From positions 96,001-160,000 of the forward strand of contig JBDHUY010000001.1 of the NCBI GenBank assembly GCA_039809385.1: a stretch of 64,000 nucleotides of DNA, read 5' to 3'. The position numbers and the translations under genes were made by a program. Shown here one piece after another: positions 10,935-20,616 of this stretch. Every line of letters starts with the position of its first letter. Within the stretch, counting starts at the first letter, position 1. Below the pieces are notes generated by a model that saw nothing but the letters and a program-made list of their open reading frames with translations, was not told the origin of the DNA and did not search any database. The stretch comes from Candidatus Altimarinota bacterium. Its GTDB lineage: Bacteria; Patescibacteriota; Gracilibacteria; JBDHUY01.

Positions 10935-11948
10935 TTACTGCAAGTATTTAACTTTATTTCGCTCGTGTTCCTGCAGATCCTTGGCATAATGGATCTGGCG
11001 CTCAGCATCGTGAAGATAGTACCAATACGGCGATTCCTCGGGATAAACCGAGGCTTTCAGGCTTTCAAGTCCGGGGTTAGCGATGGGGGTCGGCGGTAAG
11101 CCGTGCTTGAGACGGGTATTGTACGGATTGTTCTGATCTTTAAGATCTTGGTAGGTCAGCGGATTATACCAGTCATCTTTATAATAATGCAGCGTCGCAT
11201 CAACTCCCAAGTACCAGCGATTATCCAGGCGCTTCCACAAAATCCCGGAAACGATGGAACGTTCTTCGGCACTGACAGTTTCCCGTTCGATCAGAGAGGC
11301 CATATTGACAATATCGGCCACTGAACGGTTCTTTATATCGGCTTTCATGGGAGAAAAACGCTGCTGAAAGGTTGACAAAAGGCGGTCAATGAAGGATTGG
11401 GGCGTAAACGTGACCGGATCGACGAAATACGTACTGGGAAAAAGATAGCCTTCCAGATTACGATCCTCCCCCTGGGGTAAAAAATCGTAGTCGAACGGGC
11501 AGTTTTTTAAACAATCCAGAAATTCGTTTCCCTCTACCAATTCCAACTCTTTGAGCAAAGCATCGATCTTTTTGACCGTGTAGCCTTCCGGAATACGTAC
11601 CGATACCTGGCGTACGGTTTTACCCGTCAAGACATCGACCAGCGCCGGGATGGTATCGTTGCGATTGAGCACGAACGATCCCGATTTGAGAGCCTGGTCG
11701 GCATTCTTTTCTTTGATATAGCGCAGAAATACCCAGTCGGCCACGACCACGCGGTTAGTCACCAGCCGTTCGGCGATCTGCTTAGCAGATTCGCCTTTTT
11801 TGATCACGAAAGAGACCGGTTCGCTTTCATCGGAAACGCTTTGAGATAACATCTCTTTATACTGGGCCTCGCTTCTATACCAGTAGGTCCCGACACCAGC
11901 CACTACGAGGATGACGATAATACCAGCAAATAACAGTGATTTTTTCAT
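10935..11948 (-). CDS. mltG: Endolytic transglycosylase MltG
   Basis: VRIPEGYT, LEGYLFPSTY, MASLIERE, PYNTRLKHGLPPTPIANPG, HYAKDLQEH. Confidence 0.95.
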   Translation of the reverse strand: MKKSLLFAGIIVILVVAGVGTYWYRSEAQYKEMLSQSVSDESEPVSFVIKKGESAKQIAERLVTNRVVVADWVFLRYIKEKNADQALKSGSFVLNRNDTIPALVDVLTGKTVRQVSVRIPEGYTVKKIDALLKELELVEGNEFLDCLKNCPFDYDFLPQGEDRNLEGYLFPSTYFVDPVTFTPQSFIDRLLSTFQQRFSPMKADIKNRSVADIVNMASLIERETVSAEERSIVSGILWKRLDNRWYLGVDATLHYYKDDWYNPLTYQDLKDQNNPYNTRLKHGLPPTPIANPGLESLKASVYPEESPYWYYLHDAERQIHYAKDLQEHERNKVKYLQ

Positions 11949-12077
11949 AGAATACTCCAGGGATAGAAACCTTCTTACTGTCTTTATTTATCAAGCATGC
12001 AGAAGGGTGCTATCACGAGCAACCTGTATGCTGTATGCTTTATGACTTTATAAACTTTACGGACTTTCAACTCATCT

Positions 12078-12374
12078 CTACATCCCCGGAAATCCAAGAT
12101 CCCCCATCACACCTTTCATCTCTTCCGCGGCAATTTTCTGGGCTTTTTCGATGGCACGGTTCAGCGAATCTTTGATAGCCGAGGTAAGCCGGCCTTCATG
12201 CTGCATCAAAGATTTATCGACAATCTCGATCGAGACCACTTTCATCTCTCCGTCCACCACGACCTTGACCCCGCCATGTTCGGATTCAATATGCGTTTGT
12301 TGCAATTTTTTCTTGGCCTCGCGAGCCTGTTTTTGAAGCTTGTACATATCCCCCATTTTTCCTAAGAACGACAT
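12078..12374 (-). CDS. ybaB: YbaB/EbfC nucleoid-associated protein
   Basis: GGVKVVVDGEMKVVSIEI...AIKDSLNRA...GDLGFPGM. Confidence 0.9.
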   Translation of the reverse strand: MSFLGKMGDMYKLQKQAREAKKKLQQTHIESEHGGVKVVVDGEMKVVSIEIVDKSLMQHEGRLTSAIKDSLNRAIEKAQKIAAEEMKGVMGDLGFPGM

Positions 12375-12439
12375 ACGAACAATAATTTATAAGCTAAAAG
12401 AAGCAGACCTATTGTAAAGAAGAGACCGCGAAAGGTCAA

Positions 12440-12883
12440 CTAACCGTTTTTGACCCTTTCCAGTACCAGACAGGCAAACATGATTTGTAGCTCGGTTTGC
12501 TTACGGAGTTTTCTGATTTGCTCGCGCCCATCCTGAAATTGCTTGATATCTAGAAGCAGGCGTTGTTTTTCCATTTGAAGATCCTCATGAGTAATACCGG
12601 TTTCCCGGTAACAACGTTTTGAATCATTTTGATATTTGGCGTAAATAATATCGATAATTTTTATTTTATCTTGATAACGCAGGATTTCTCCTTCGTAACT
12701 GGTACATTCCTCTTCGTCCAGGATCCGCTCCAGTCGCTCATTCTGAAGATTATACAAATACCGGTTCAGATAAAACCAAACCATATACCGCCATTGATCT
12801 TTTGCGGCAGGGAATTTCCACATTTTCTTGAATGCCCGCGGAGAATCAACAAAAACAGATGGTAATTCAGAGCGGGGATACAT
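12440..12883 (-). CDS. Hypothetical helical protein
   Basis: 147-aa ORF starting 3 nt after the peptidase gene's stop; no recognised motif. Confidence 0.65.
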   Translation of the reverse strand: MYPRSELPSVFVDSPRAFKKMWKFPAAKDQWRYMVWFYLNRYLYNLQNERLERILDEEECTSYEGEILRYQDKIKIIDIIYAKYQNDSKRCYRETGITHEDLQMEKQRLLLDIKQFQDGREQIRKLRKQTELQIMFACLVLERVKNG

Positions 12884-12885
12884 AG

Positions 12886-14301
12886 TTACTGGAGTGAATT
12901 AAACCCAATATCTAGAGACTCAAATGTAATTTCTGAAGCAAGTTTTTCAAGATCTTGAGGTGTAGTACTCAGCAAATCAAGCATAATAATACTATGCGGG
13001 TCGTCAGATGAACTAAAGAGACTACTATAACGATTTTCCCCAACCTGATCGGGATTCTCAAACAGGATTAGTTCGGGAAATCGTTTGACCAGTAACGTCT
13101 CAAAGATCTCTTCAAACTGTTGCCGATCAACATCGGAATCAAATACAAACGCCACAACCATCAAGGATTCCTGGCCACGTTCCAAAAGTTGTACCCGACC
13201 TCCATCCCATCCCTCTGCCACCCTATGGGCATCTTCTCCAGGGATAAATTGCTCCAACCAGGTTCGCAATTCAAATTCGCCCAAGGAAAATGATATTTTG
13301 GTCTTCCAATCGGGCAAACCTGAAACATCGATCATTATATTTTGAGGAATGTCCTTCGCATACTTTTCCGGATGCAGGATCTGTTCGGTTGACAGCGGCG
13401 GATTGGCAAACAGTTCTTCGATCCTGGAAAAACCCGAACGAAGCTGGAAGAATTGCGTAAATGCCAGCCCCTCTTCATAGGGAAACAACAACGTTTTTTG
13501 CAGGTAGGGCGGCGAGCTGTTCAAAACGTCGGAGCTGCCGAAAAAAGACCGCGCCGTGGAAGTAATCCCGGCATCCAGCAAGGTAAAAGGATGCCGCAGA
13601 CCGTAGTGAACCATTACTAACGTAGCATCGCCTTCGGCCAAGGCTTTGACCGCCGAAGCGACATCGTCAAGTCCTCTATCGGCGAAATCTCCCATGCGGG
13701 TAAATAAATCCGGCTGATATTGGTCGCGAAGCGCGTGCGTCAGTTCGTGGGCAATGATAATATCTTTTTCGGCCTCGGTCATTTTGTTCTGTCCTTCGAT
13801 GACAAACATAGTTTTCTTTTCTGTATCGTACAACCCGGCCACCTGCTCGGTCAGAAGCTGTTGAACGCTCTGTTTGAAATCAAACCCTTGCGGGAGTAAG
13901 CCGAGACGCTGATATACCTGCTGATACAACATAAATTTCTCGTCGCTCATATCTTTAGAAAGTTCCTCATCGAGAAAGACCTGTAATTCGGTCTGCGTCA
14001 TGACCCGAAAAGGTACGTCGCTTTTGAATTTCAACCCAGTGATCTCTTCCACTTCGCGTTTGAGTGCCTCCTGACGTTTGGTATCCTGTTCCAGAGGCAG
14101 GACGGGTGGCTGCGATAACTGATCGACCGTCGCTCGAAGTTGCGTATTCTCCTGTTGTACATGATCAAAAGAAACTTGGAGTTGCTTATGTTGTTCCCGT
14201 AAACCGGCATAATCAGCTTTCATTTGAAATAGCAGAACTACAGTCACCAGCTGACTTGAAAGTACGACCAAGGCAAAGAACAGAAGCCACAATCGTTTCA
14301 T
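12886..14301 (-). CDS. Membrane-anchored putative zinc metallopeptidase (gluzincin-type)
   Basis: N-terminal TM + coiled coil; AGLYD, AHELTHAL (HExxH), LAEGDAT third ligand, FPYEEG, PPLSTEQILHPEKY, AEGWDG. Confidence 0.8.
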   Translation of the reverse strand: MKRLWLLFFALVVLSSQLVTVVLLFQMKADYAGLREQHKQLQVSFDHVQQENTQLRATVDQLSQPPVLPLEQDTKRQEALKREVEEITGLKFKSDVPFRVMTQTELQVFLDEELSKDMSDEKFMLYQQVYQRLGLLPQGFDFKQSVQQLLTEQVAGLYDTEKKTMFVIEGQNKMTEAEKDIIIAHELTHALRDQYQPDLFTRMGDFADRGLDDVASAVKALAEGDATLVMVHYGLRHPFTLLDAGITSTARSFFGSSDVLNSSPPYLQKTLLFPYEEGLAFTQFFQLRSGFSRIEELFANPPLSTEQILHPEKYAKDIPQNIMIDVSGLPDWKTKISFSLGEFELRTWLEQFIPGEDAHRVAEGWDGGRVQLLERGQESLMVVAFVFDSDVDRQQFEEIFETLLVKRFPELILFENPDQVGENRYSSLFSSSDDPHSIIMLDLLSTTPQDLEKLASEITFESLDIGFNSLQ

Positions 14302-14552
14302 AAGGGAGCACAGTATTTAGGTATTTAGTATCGAGTATCTGGTAGTATTAGCAATAAATTTCAAGAAATCTCCATACATTACGATAAATATTCACATGAA
14401 CAACCACTAAGTACTTTGTACCAGGTACTACTATCCCCCTCCCGCCAGCATACGATTTCATTTTCCGGAAGTCAAACCGCAAACCGACTTGAAAAAAAGT
14501 CCAAAAAAACGTATGGTCATTTTGGTTTCTGCCTTAATCTTACACCTCTTTT

Positions 14553-14822
14553 ATGCGCTACCAATTTCTCCTCGGTTTGTCAGTATTATTCCTGATAACC
14601 GGCTGCGGTCAGGGCACTAGCCCCCGGAATGCCAATACGCCACTCCCCCTGCCCCAGCAAAACGTCAATACGATATCGTCCGCTACCAACGCCTCAACAC
14701 CGAATAAAGCGTCAACCGAGACCGATATCAAAGATATTCAGGCACTGAGCCAAAAATTGCAAGATGCCTCCCGCCAGGGAGACAGTTTTGATATGGATAC
14801 CGCTCTTTCAGATGAGAATTAA
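14553..14822 (+). CDS. Small lipoprotein
   Basis: Signal peptide with lipobox LITGC. Confidence 0.7.
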   Translation: MRYQFLLGLSVLFLITGCGQGTSPRNANTPLPLPQQNVNTISSATNASTPNKASTETDIKDIQALSQKLQDASRQGDSFDMDTALSDEN

Positions 14823-14869
14823 TCTTTGAATTCAGCCTGCCGGCTGCTTATTTTCTTAATTCCGATTAT

Positions 14870-15670
14870 ATGAAAAAAATAGTATCAACATTGCTCCTGC
14901 TTGTGTTCTTCGGGACGTCTTATACCATCAGTTTCGCTCACAGCCACGATACCGTGGCTACGGAAAACAAATCCCGTACCGAGAAAGAGACTGTGGCCTC
15001 ACCGAGCACGACAAGCCATGAGGAAAAGGACAAAATGATGGAAGATGCGCACGAAAAATCCGATAATAAAAACCGGAACGTTGTCTCCCGTCCGACCGTA
15101 GACCCGGAGAATTACGAGGAACTGAAAAGCAGTATCGATCAACGAATTACCAAAGCGATCGGCAAACTTGACCAGGCTATTGCCAAAATCAACAACAATG
15201 CGAAATTATCCCCGGTAACCAAAAACGAACTGATCCAGATCCTTACTGCGGTAAAGAACAAGCTGGTCAGTTATCAGACCCAGCTCGGCGCTACGACGAA
15301 TTTACAGGAACTACAGACGCTCAATCAGACAGTACGGACATATTTAAAAGAAAATAAAGATATTATCCGCGATACGCTGATTCAGGCGATCACGGTAATC
15401 ACAGACGAAGCCACCGCCACTTCGGAAGCACTGAAAATGAAGGTAGAGCAATTGTTGAAAGTGCTGAAAGTAACCTGCCCCAGTCAAAAAGACAATATAG
15501 CGACGCTCGAATCCTTACTGCAATCGCTTTCAGCCGAAACCGAAGAGCTAAAAGAATACCTCAAAGACAAGAATGTATCCGAAGTACGCAGCGTGTTACA
15601 CGAGCTGGCCGATATCTCTATGGCAATCGTTAAAACGGCGACTGAGATCCAACAAGCGTGCCTTAGCTGA
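14870..15670 (+). CDS. Secreted helical/coiled-coil protein
   Basis: Signal peptide, amphipathic helical body, two Cys. Confidence 0.75.
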   Translation: MKKIVSTLLLLVFFGTSYTISFAHSHDTVATENKSRTEKETVASPSTTSHEEKDKMMEDAHEKSDNKNRNVVSRPTVDPENYEELKSSIDQRITKAIGKLDQAIAKINNNAKLSPVTKNELIQILTAVKNKLVSYQTQLGATTNLQELQTLNQTVRTYLKENKDIIRDTLIQAITVITDEATATSEALKMKVEQLLKVLKVTCPSQKDNIATLESLLQSLSAETEELKEYLKDKNVSEVRSVLHELADISMAIVKTATEIQQACLS

Positions 15671-15706
15671 CTTTTTACCTTTTCACGTCCTCGCCTTCCT
15701 TTTGCT

Positions 15707-16552
15707 ATGAAAAAAATAAGCCTACTGCCGATAGCGTTTCTGCTGATCCTGTCAGCTTGTTCTACCCCGCCGCCAGAAAACAAGAGTACCAGCCTGGGAG
15801 TGGCACCCGCCACTTTTATGAACGGGAACAGTTCCGAATTTATCCCGATTGTCGAGAATCAAAACAGCTCGACTTCCAACACGAACGGCAGCGACAACAA
15901 TGCAAATGGGAATCCGGACGAAACGACGAATCAAAACGGCAATGGCTCGTCTAATAGCAATGAGACAACGGTCTTAGCCACCCCGAGCAGTATCGATCCG
16001 GTTTTGCTCAATCCGCACGAAACCGCCTTTGATTGTAAAACGCTGTCGGTCTACGAAACGATGGATTTTTACAGCAAATTTCTAGCAAAACTGGAAAGCC
16101 TGCCACGCTACTCGACGCATGATATAAAAATACTGTCTGGGCAAGCGACCACCGACCCAACGGCTCTCAATAAAAAACTGAACGGACGCGAAGACCGCGG
16201 GTTTATTACTTCCGCCTGTCTGGCCAAAGACCAGTCGATCTTTGTAGCGGTCATCAAAGGCGATGACGGGAGCAATTTGGGATTTAAGCTCGTACGCTAT
16301 ATTCTGGCCCGGGATGTCGTGGAAGTGGCGGGACGGGAAGACGAGCGCAACGCCACGCACTGGAAATTCTTTCCCAGCACTTTTGGCAAAAGGACCGGCA
16401 ATAGCTTAAGTCTAAACGCCACCGGACGTGAAGGCGAGACCCGTATTTCGATGATCTATGCGTATAACTACGTGACCAACGATCTGCGCGTCGCGGAGTA
16501 TTGCAAGCAGGTCGGAAGCGGGAAAAAAGAATGTGCTGGGTATCCGTACTAG
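15707..16552 (+). CDS. Lipoprotein with Asn/Ser-rich linker
   Basis: Lipobox LSAC; low-complexity N/S/T linker; Cys-containing C-terminal domain. Confidence 0.75.
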   Translation: MKKISLLPIAFLLILSACSTPPPENKSTSLGVAPATFMNGNSSEFIPIVENQNSSTSNTNGSDNNANGNPDETTNQNGNGSSNSNETTVLATPSSIDPVLLNPHETAFDCKTLSVYETMDFYSKFLAKLESLPRYSTHDIKILSGQATTDPTALNKKLNGREDRGFITSACLAKDQSIFVAVIKGDDGSNLGFKLVRYILARDVVEVAGREDERNATHWKFFPSTFGKRTGNSLSLNATGREGETRISMIYAYNYVTNDLRVAEYCKQVGSGKKECAGYPY

Positions 16553-16756
16553 ACTCTCTGGAAAAACACAGGAGTCCCTCGTATTATTTAATCATTTTTG
16601 GAAATTGTTTTTATCCCTTCGATAAAATAGATCAACTAAATTTAGATTAAACATAAAATAAAGATAAAATTTAACAATTTATTATATCCTTCGCTTTTCA
16701 AAGAGAGCAACAGGGTGTATTATTAAATCCCCTTTTATGAATTAATAGCTTAATAT

Positions 16757-16972
16757 ATGAATGATGAAGCATTAATCAATAAGGTAAATCAATTGCAAAA
16801 AACAAATTCAAGAATTGCTTCGGCTATGGAAATTTTTAGAAATGCACAAAAAATCTATGAAGAATCAATAGAGACAATCAATCCATACCGAAGAACTATA
16901 GTAAAAGGTAGCTACTCGAGTTCGATATCTACAAAAGATTATCATGCAAATATTTCAACAACTACTCAATGA
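16757..16972 (+). CDS. Small hypothetical protein overlapping the SDH/ClpP-class protease gene
   Basis: 71-aa ORF in the same AT-rich block; overlaps the next start by 29 nt. Confidence 0.6.
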   Translation: MNDEALINKVNQLQKTNSRIASAMEIFRNAQKIYEESIETINPYRRTIVKGSYSSSISTKDYHANISTTTQ

Positions 16973-17897
16973 GTTAGACCAAAAAGAACCAAGCGAACAA
17001 CTTGAATTCATTCATAAATTTAGGAAACAAGCCATTGCTGATATCGTTAATATTACCCAGCGCGGTCTTATAGTATACGTTTCAGATTTTAAGAAGAATC
17101 TACCTCCACAATTTGGTATTACAAACTCAATAACATGGGAAGACAAAACTTGTTTTGCTGATATAGTGAACGATTTTTCAACCAGAGACATAGACATCTT
17201 TATCCATAGTCCAGGCGGATCGGCAGAAGCAACAGAATTACTTGTATCATTGTTAAGAGCAAAATTCGACAGTGTCCGTTTTATTATTCCGAATATGGCA
17301 AAGAGTGCAGCTACTATGATGGCACTATCCGGAGATGAAATTCTAATGGATGAAAAATCCGAACTGGGACCTATTGATCCTCAGATTCAGATTAATGGCA
17401 ATTTTGTTCCGGCGCAGACTTTAATTGACGGATTTGAAGAAGCAAAAGAAATAATTAGGAGTAGTGGACCTGAAATACTACCGGCATATTTACCAATGCT
17501 CAATAAATATGATCTACATATTCTACAGATTTGTAAAAACGCAAAAACATTATCGGAAACACTAGTAGGTAATTGGTTAAGTGAGTATATGTTTAAAAGT
17601 GAAGAGGATGCTCAAGAGATATCTCAGAGTATCGCAAGAAAGTTGTCTAACCATACCGAATATCTATCTCATGGGAGACCAATTAAGATTCAAGATGCTT
17701 TAAAGCTAGGTCTAAAAATATTAGATTTGAGAGAACAAAATGAACTACGAGATAAAATTTGGAGCTTATATTGTGTAATTGAATTACTATTAGATCGTAC
17801 ACCGGTGATTAAGCTTTACGAAAATAGTGTAGGTGCGTTTCTTATCAAGCAAATTCCTATTCAAATTCCACAGCAAAATACTGGGCAAAAGAATTGA
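16944..17897 (+). CDS. ClpP-fold (SDH/S49-like) serine peptidase
   Basis: IDIFIHSPGGS, IPNMAKSAATMMALSGDEILM, SELGPIDPQ, SHGRPI. Confidence 0.88.
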   Translation: MQIFQQLLNELDQKEPSEQLEFIHKFRKQAIADIVNITQRGLIVYVSDFKKNLPPQFGITNSITWEDKTCFADIVNDFSTRDIDIFIHSPGGSAEATELLVSLLRAKFDSVRFIIPNMAKSAATMMALSGDEILMDEKSELGPIDPQIQINGNFVPAQTLIDGFEEAKEIIRSSGPEILPAYLPMLNKYDLHILQICKNAKTLSETLVGNWLSEYMFKSEEDAQEISQSIARKLSNHTEYLSHGRPIKIQDALKLGLKILDLREQNELRDKIWSLYCVIELLLDRTPVIKLYENSVGAFLIKQIPIQIPQQNTGQKN

Positions 17898-17941
17898 AAG
17901 AATCTCTTGCTCATTTTTAGATTCATCAGCCATCTCCTTCT

Positions 17942-17971
17942 GAGGCAGTCATTTTGACTGCCTCTTTTTTT
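17942..17971 (+). terminator. Intrinsic terminator
   Basis: GAGGCAGTCA-TTT-TGACTGCCTC followed by T7. Confidence 0.85.
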
Positions 17972-18320
17972 CGTAGCGTCCGTTGATGCAATGAATTTCA
18001 AAGCATTTTTCCATCACAACACATTTTCGGTTTGAAAACCATTAAAAATCAAAGACGAAGATTCATCGTGAATAAGTAACGCTCCAGACAAGATTGTCCT
18101 TTTCGATATTGGAAAGTACGCGAAACTGTTATGGTTTTAATCGAGACAATTGACCCCACGAGCAACTATTTGTCGGAGAGCAAATATTCTTCTTTTCTCT
18201 TCAGCGAAATATAAAAAAATCTGATCAGTATTTTTCTGAATCAGTTGATAAAAATGCATGCGAGACATTTTCTTTCTAATTTAGAAGATTTTTATCTTTT
18301 TATGATATGTTTCTTGACCA

Positions 18321-18386
18321 TGGAGAATATGTTTCAAATGGAAAAATAATCATGCCTACGACGTATCTATCGTCGATTATCATTAA
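18321..18386 (+). pseudogene. higB: HigB toxin C-terminal remnant
   Basis: Reads WRICFKWKNNHAYDVSIVDYH*, the typical HigB C-terminus; in-frame stop just upstream and no intact 5' part. Confidence 0.8.
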
Positions 18387-18401
18387 AACGCTTGAACGTA
18401 T

Positions 18402-18740
18402 ATGAAAAAAATTACTCCGATCCACCCGGGCGAAATACTTTTGGAAGAGTTTCTGCGCCCTCTTACTCTTACTGCTTATCGTTTGGCCCTCGACATCGGA
18501 GTAACTCCCCGACGTATCGGAGAGATTCTCCAGGGCAAAAGAGCGATAACCGCGGATTCGGCACTACGATTGGTAAAGTACTTCGGTATGTCGGAACAAT
18601 TCTGAATTCACCTTCAGATAAACTACGATCGAGAAATCTTCAGGTTTTCACAGGCAGAAGTATTTGTTTCAAAAATAAATATATACCGGCCAAAAATTCA
18701 AGAAAAAGAACATATACATAATATACGGCAGAAGAATTGA
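18402..18740 (+). pseudogene. higA: HigA antitoxin with internal nonsense codon
   Basis: PIHPGEILLEEFL...ITADSALRLVKYFGMSEQF[TGA 18603-18605]IHLQINYD; the TGA sits at the conserved FW Trp position. Confidence 0.85.
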
Positions 18741-18758
18741 ACGGACTTCGATGGCAAC

Positions 18759-19361
18759 TTACTCATTCCACGGCACGATCGTCAATTTTGGCCAGATCTT
18801 GATCCAGCGATTCACTTTGGCCTGATAAATATCTGCGGTGATCTTGCGTTTATTGGGACGGACGGTGAGGTTAAAAAGATCCTCCAGCCCAAACGGAGCG
18901 TAAACGACGAAATTGCCCTTCTCGTCATAACGAACTCCCAGCGAGGTAGCAGTCGTCGGCCATTCGTCGATCGCCGCTTCGACGGAAGGGTACGGATTGA
19001 TCTTTTTACCGAATTTGTTTTCGTACCAGAGATGGACGCGCGCCTGATTGCGTATTTCGACCGGAAAACCGATATGGCTAAAAAGCTCATTGGCTTTTTG
19101 AATATACACATCTTCGGCCTCGTACGAGAGATCCGAAGCGTCGTAATAGACCAGATCGGCATCCCGGATCCCGCGAGACAACTCAAAATCGTGCCGAAAA
19201 TTCCACACCGTCTGGGCAATCGAACCAGCCCCGAGATACCAGCTCGACATGCCCAGCAGGGGCGCTTTTTGGAGGATCTCGGTAATCTGTTCGTTTCGAG
19301 CTAAGATCGCTTCAAGTTCGGCTATCTGAGGCAGAGATTCGGAGTGTTTAAGAGGTTTCAT
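18759..19361 (-). CDS. Nucleotidyltransferase family protein (DUF925-like)
   Basis: WYLGAGSIAQTVW, IRDADLVYYD, EIRNQARVHLWY, WPTTAT, APFGLEDLF, W..IWPKL. Confidence 0.88.
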   Translation of the reverse strand: MKPLKHSESLPQIAELEAILARNEQITEILQKAPLLGMSSWYLGAGSIAQTVWNFRHDFELSRGIRDADLVYYDASDLSYEAEDVYIQKANELFSHIGFPVEIRNQARVHLWYENKFGKKINPYPSVEAAIDEWPTTATSLGVRYDEKGNFVVYAPFGLEDLFNLTVRPNKRKITADIYQAKVNRWIKIWPKLTIVPWNE

Positions 19362-19510
19362 ACAGAACAAAACAAATCAATAATTGATATAGTTAACCTA
19401 TCGGCTGAGAAAAATAAGGTCTGCTTTTTGGATCAATCCGTTAGAAGACATAGGATAGAATCAAGCGCACCCACTGTCAACTTAGATTGTCAAAGATATA
19501 AAGAACTCCT

Positions 19511-20440
19511 CTACTCTGCAAGTTTTCCGGATTCAAGTACCGTTACCCACTGCACGCCTTCGATCCTCCGAAACCAGGTCCCCTGCCGCTTGGCATAATG
19601 TCGCGTATTTTGAGCGATCGAAGCTTTACACTCCCGGAAAGAAATCTCTCCGCGTAAATACGTAAGCACCTCCTTATACCCGATGCCGTTCATGGCGTGG
19701 GCTTTTTGATCATACCCTTTTTCCAAAAGGCTTCTTACTTCTTCCAGCAAACCTTTTTCAAACATTTCTTCCACCCGTTGATCAATTCTTTTATACAAAA
19801 CGTCTCGCGGAATATCGAGGCCGATAAAAAAGCAATCAAAGAGGGGCTTTTCTTTTTTGGCAATTTCGCTTTTACGACTCCCTTTCAATGCTATTTCCAA
19901 AGCTCGAACAAGATAGCGCTTCTGATTGGGATGGATTTTCTGAGCCTCAATTGGGTCCAACTGCCTCAACCTCTCATGCACAAAAAGATTGCCCTTTTCT
20001 TCCAATTCTTTTTCGAGGAGGGCGCGAAGCTCGTAATCGGGCAAGATTTCAGGAATCGTATAGTTGAAAGCTACCGCATTGATATAAAGCCCGGTACCTC
20101 CCACCAGAAACGGAATATGTTTCCTGGTCAAGATCTCATCAATCGTCCCCACAGCCATGTTCTTATACTCAGCCACCGTAAACACCTCGTCGGGATCTTT
20201 AAAACTTAGCAGATGATGCGGAATTCCGTTCATCTCAGCGGGTAAAACCTTATTCGTACCGATATCCATCTCGCGGTAGATCTGCCGGCTGTCGGCATTC
20301 ACGATCTCCCCCTTACATTCCCGGGCCAGCTTCAAAGAGAGCCCCGTTTTGCCAGCACCAGTAGGACCAAGGATAACGATCAGCGGACGGGAAGCAGCTT
20401 GCAAAAAAACGCGGAGATCTGGAAGGAGAGAGGAAAACAC
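19511..20440 (-). CDS. miaA: tRNA dimethylallyltransferase
   Basis: GPTGAGKT, IVNADSRQIYREMDIGTNK, VGGTGLY, IGYKE, TRHYAKRQGTW. Confidence 0.97.
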   Translation of the reverse strand: MFSSLLPDLRVFLQAASRPLIVILGPTGAGKTGLSLKLARECKGEIVNADSRQIYREMDIGTNKVLPAEMNGIPHHLLSFKDPDEVFTVAEYKNMAVGTIDEILTRKHIPFLVGGTGLYINAVAFNYTIPEILPDYELRALLEKELEEKGNLFVHERLRQLDPIEAQKIHPNQKRYLVRALEIALKGSRKSEIAKKEKPLFDCFFIGLDIPRDVLYKRIDQRVEEMFEKGLLEEVRSLLEKGYDQKAHAMNGIGYKEVLTYLRGEISFRECKASIAQNTRHYAKRQGTWFRRIEGVQWVTVLESGKLAE

Positions 20441-20616
20441 GGCGGGAAAAGAGTATTATGTATGAAGTATAAAGTATTACGTATGAGAGACAATGGATGA
20501 CTTATGAATGATGATTTATAATTGAGAGTAATTTCCACAAACATCCATGAATTTCCAAAGATTTCCCTTTCCCCGCTGATCGCTGACCGCTGTTTGCTGA
20601 AAGCTCCTGCCCCCGC

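Noticed and set aside
18603-18605. In-frame TGA in higA as evidence of a recoded genetic code (4 or 25)
   Set aside because: Conserved genes end properly at TGA (secD, tyrA, tsaD) and long genes have no internal TGA; a single TGG>TGA nonsense change is simpler
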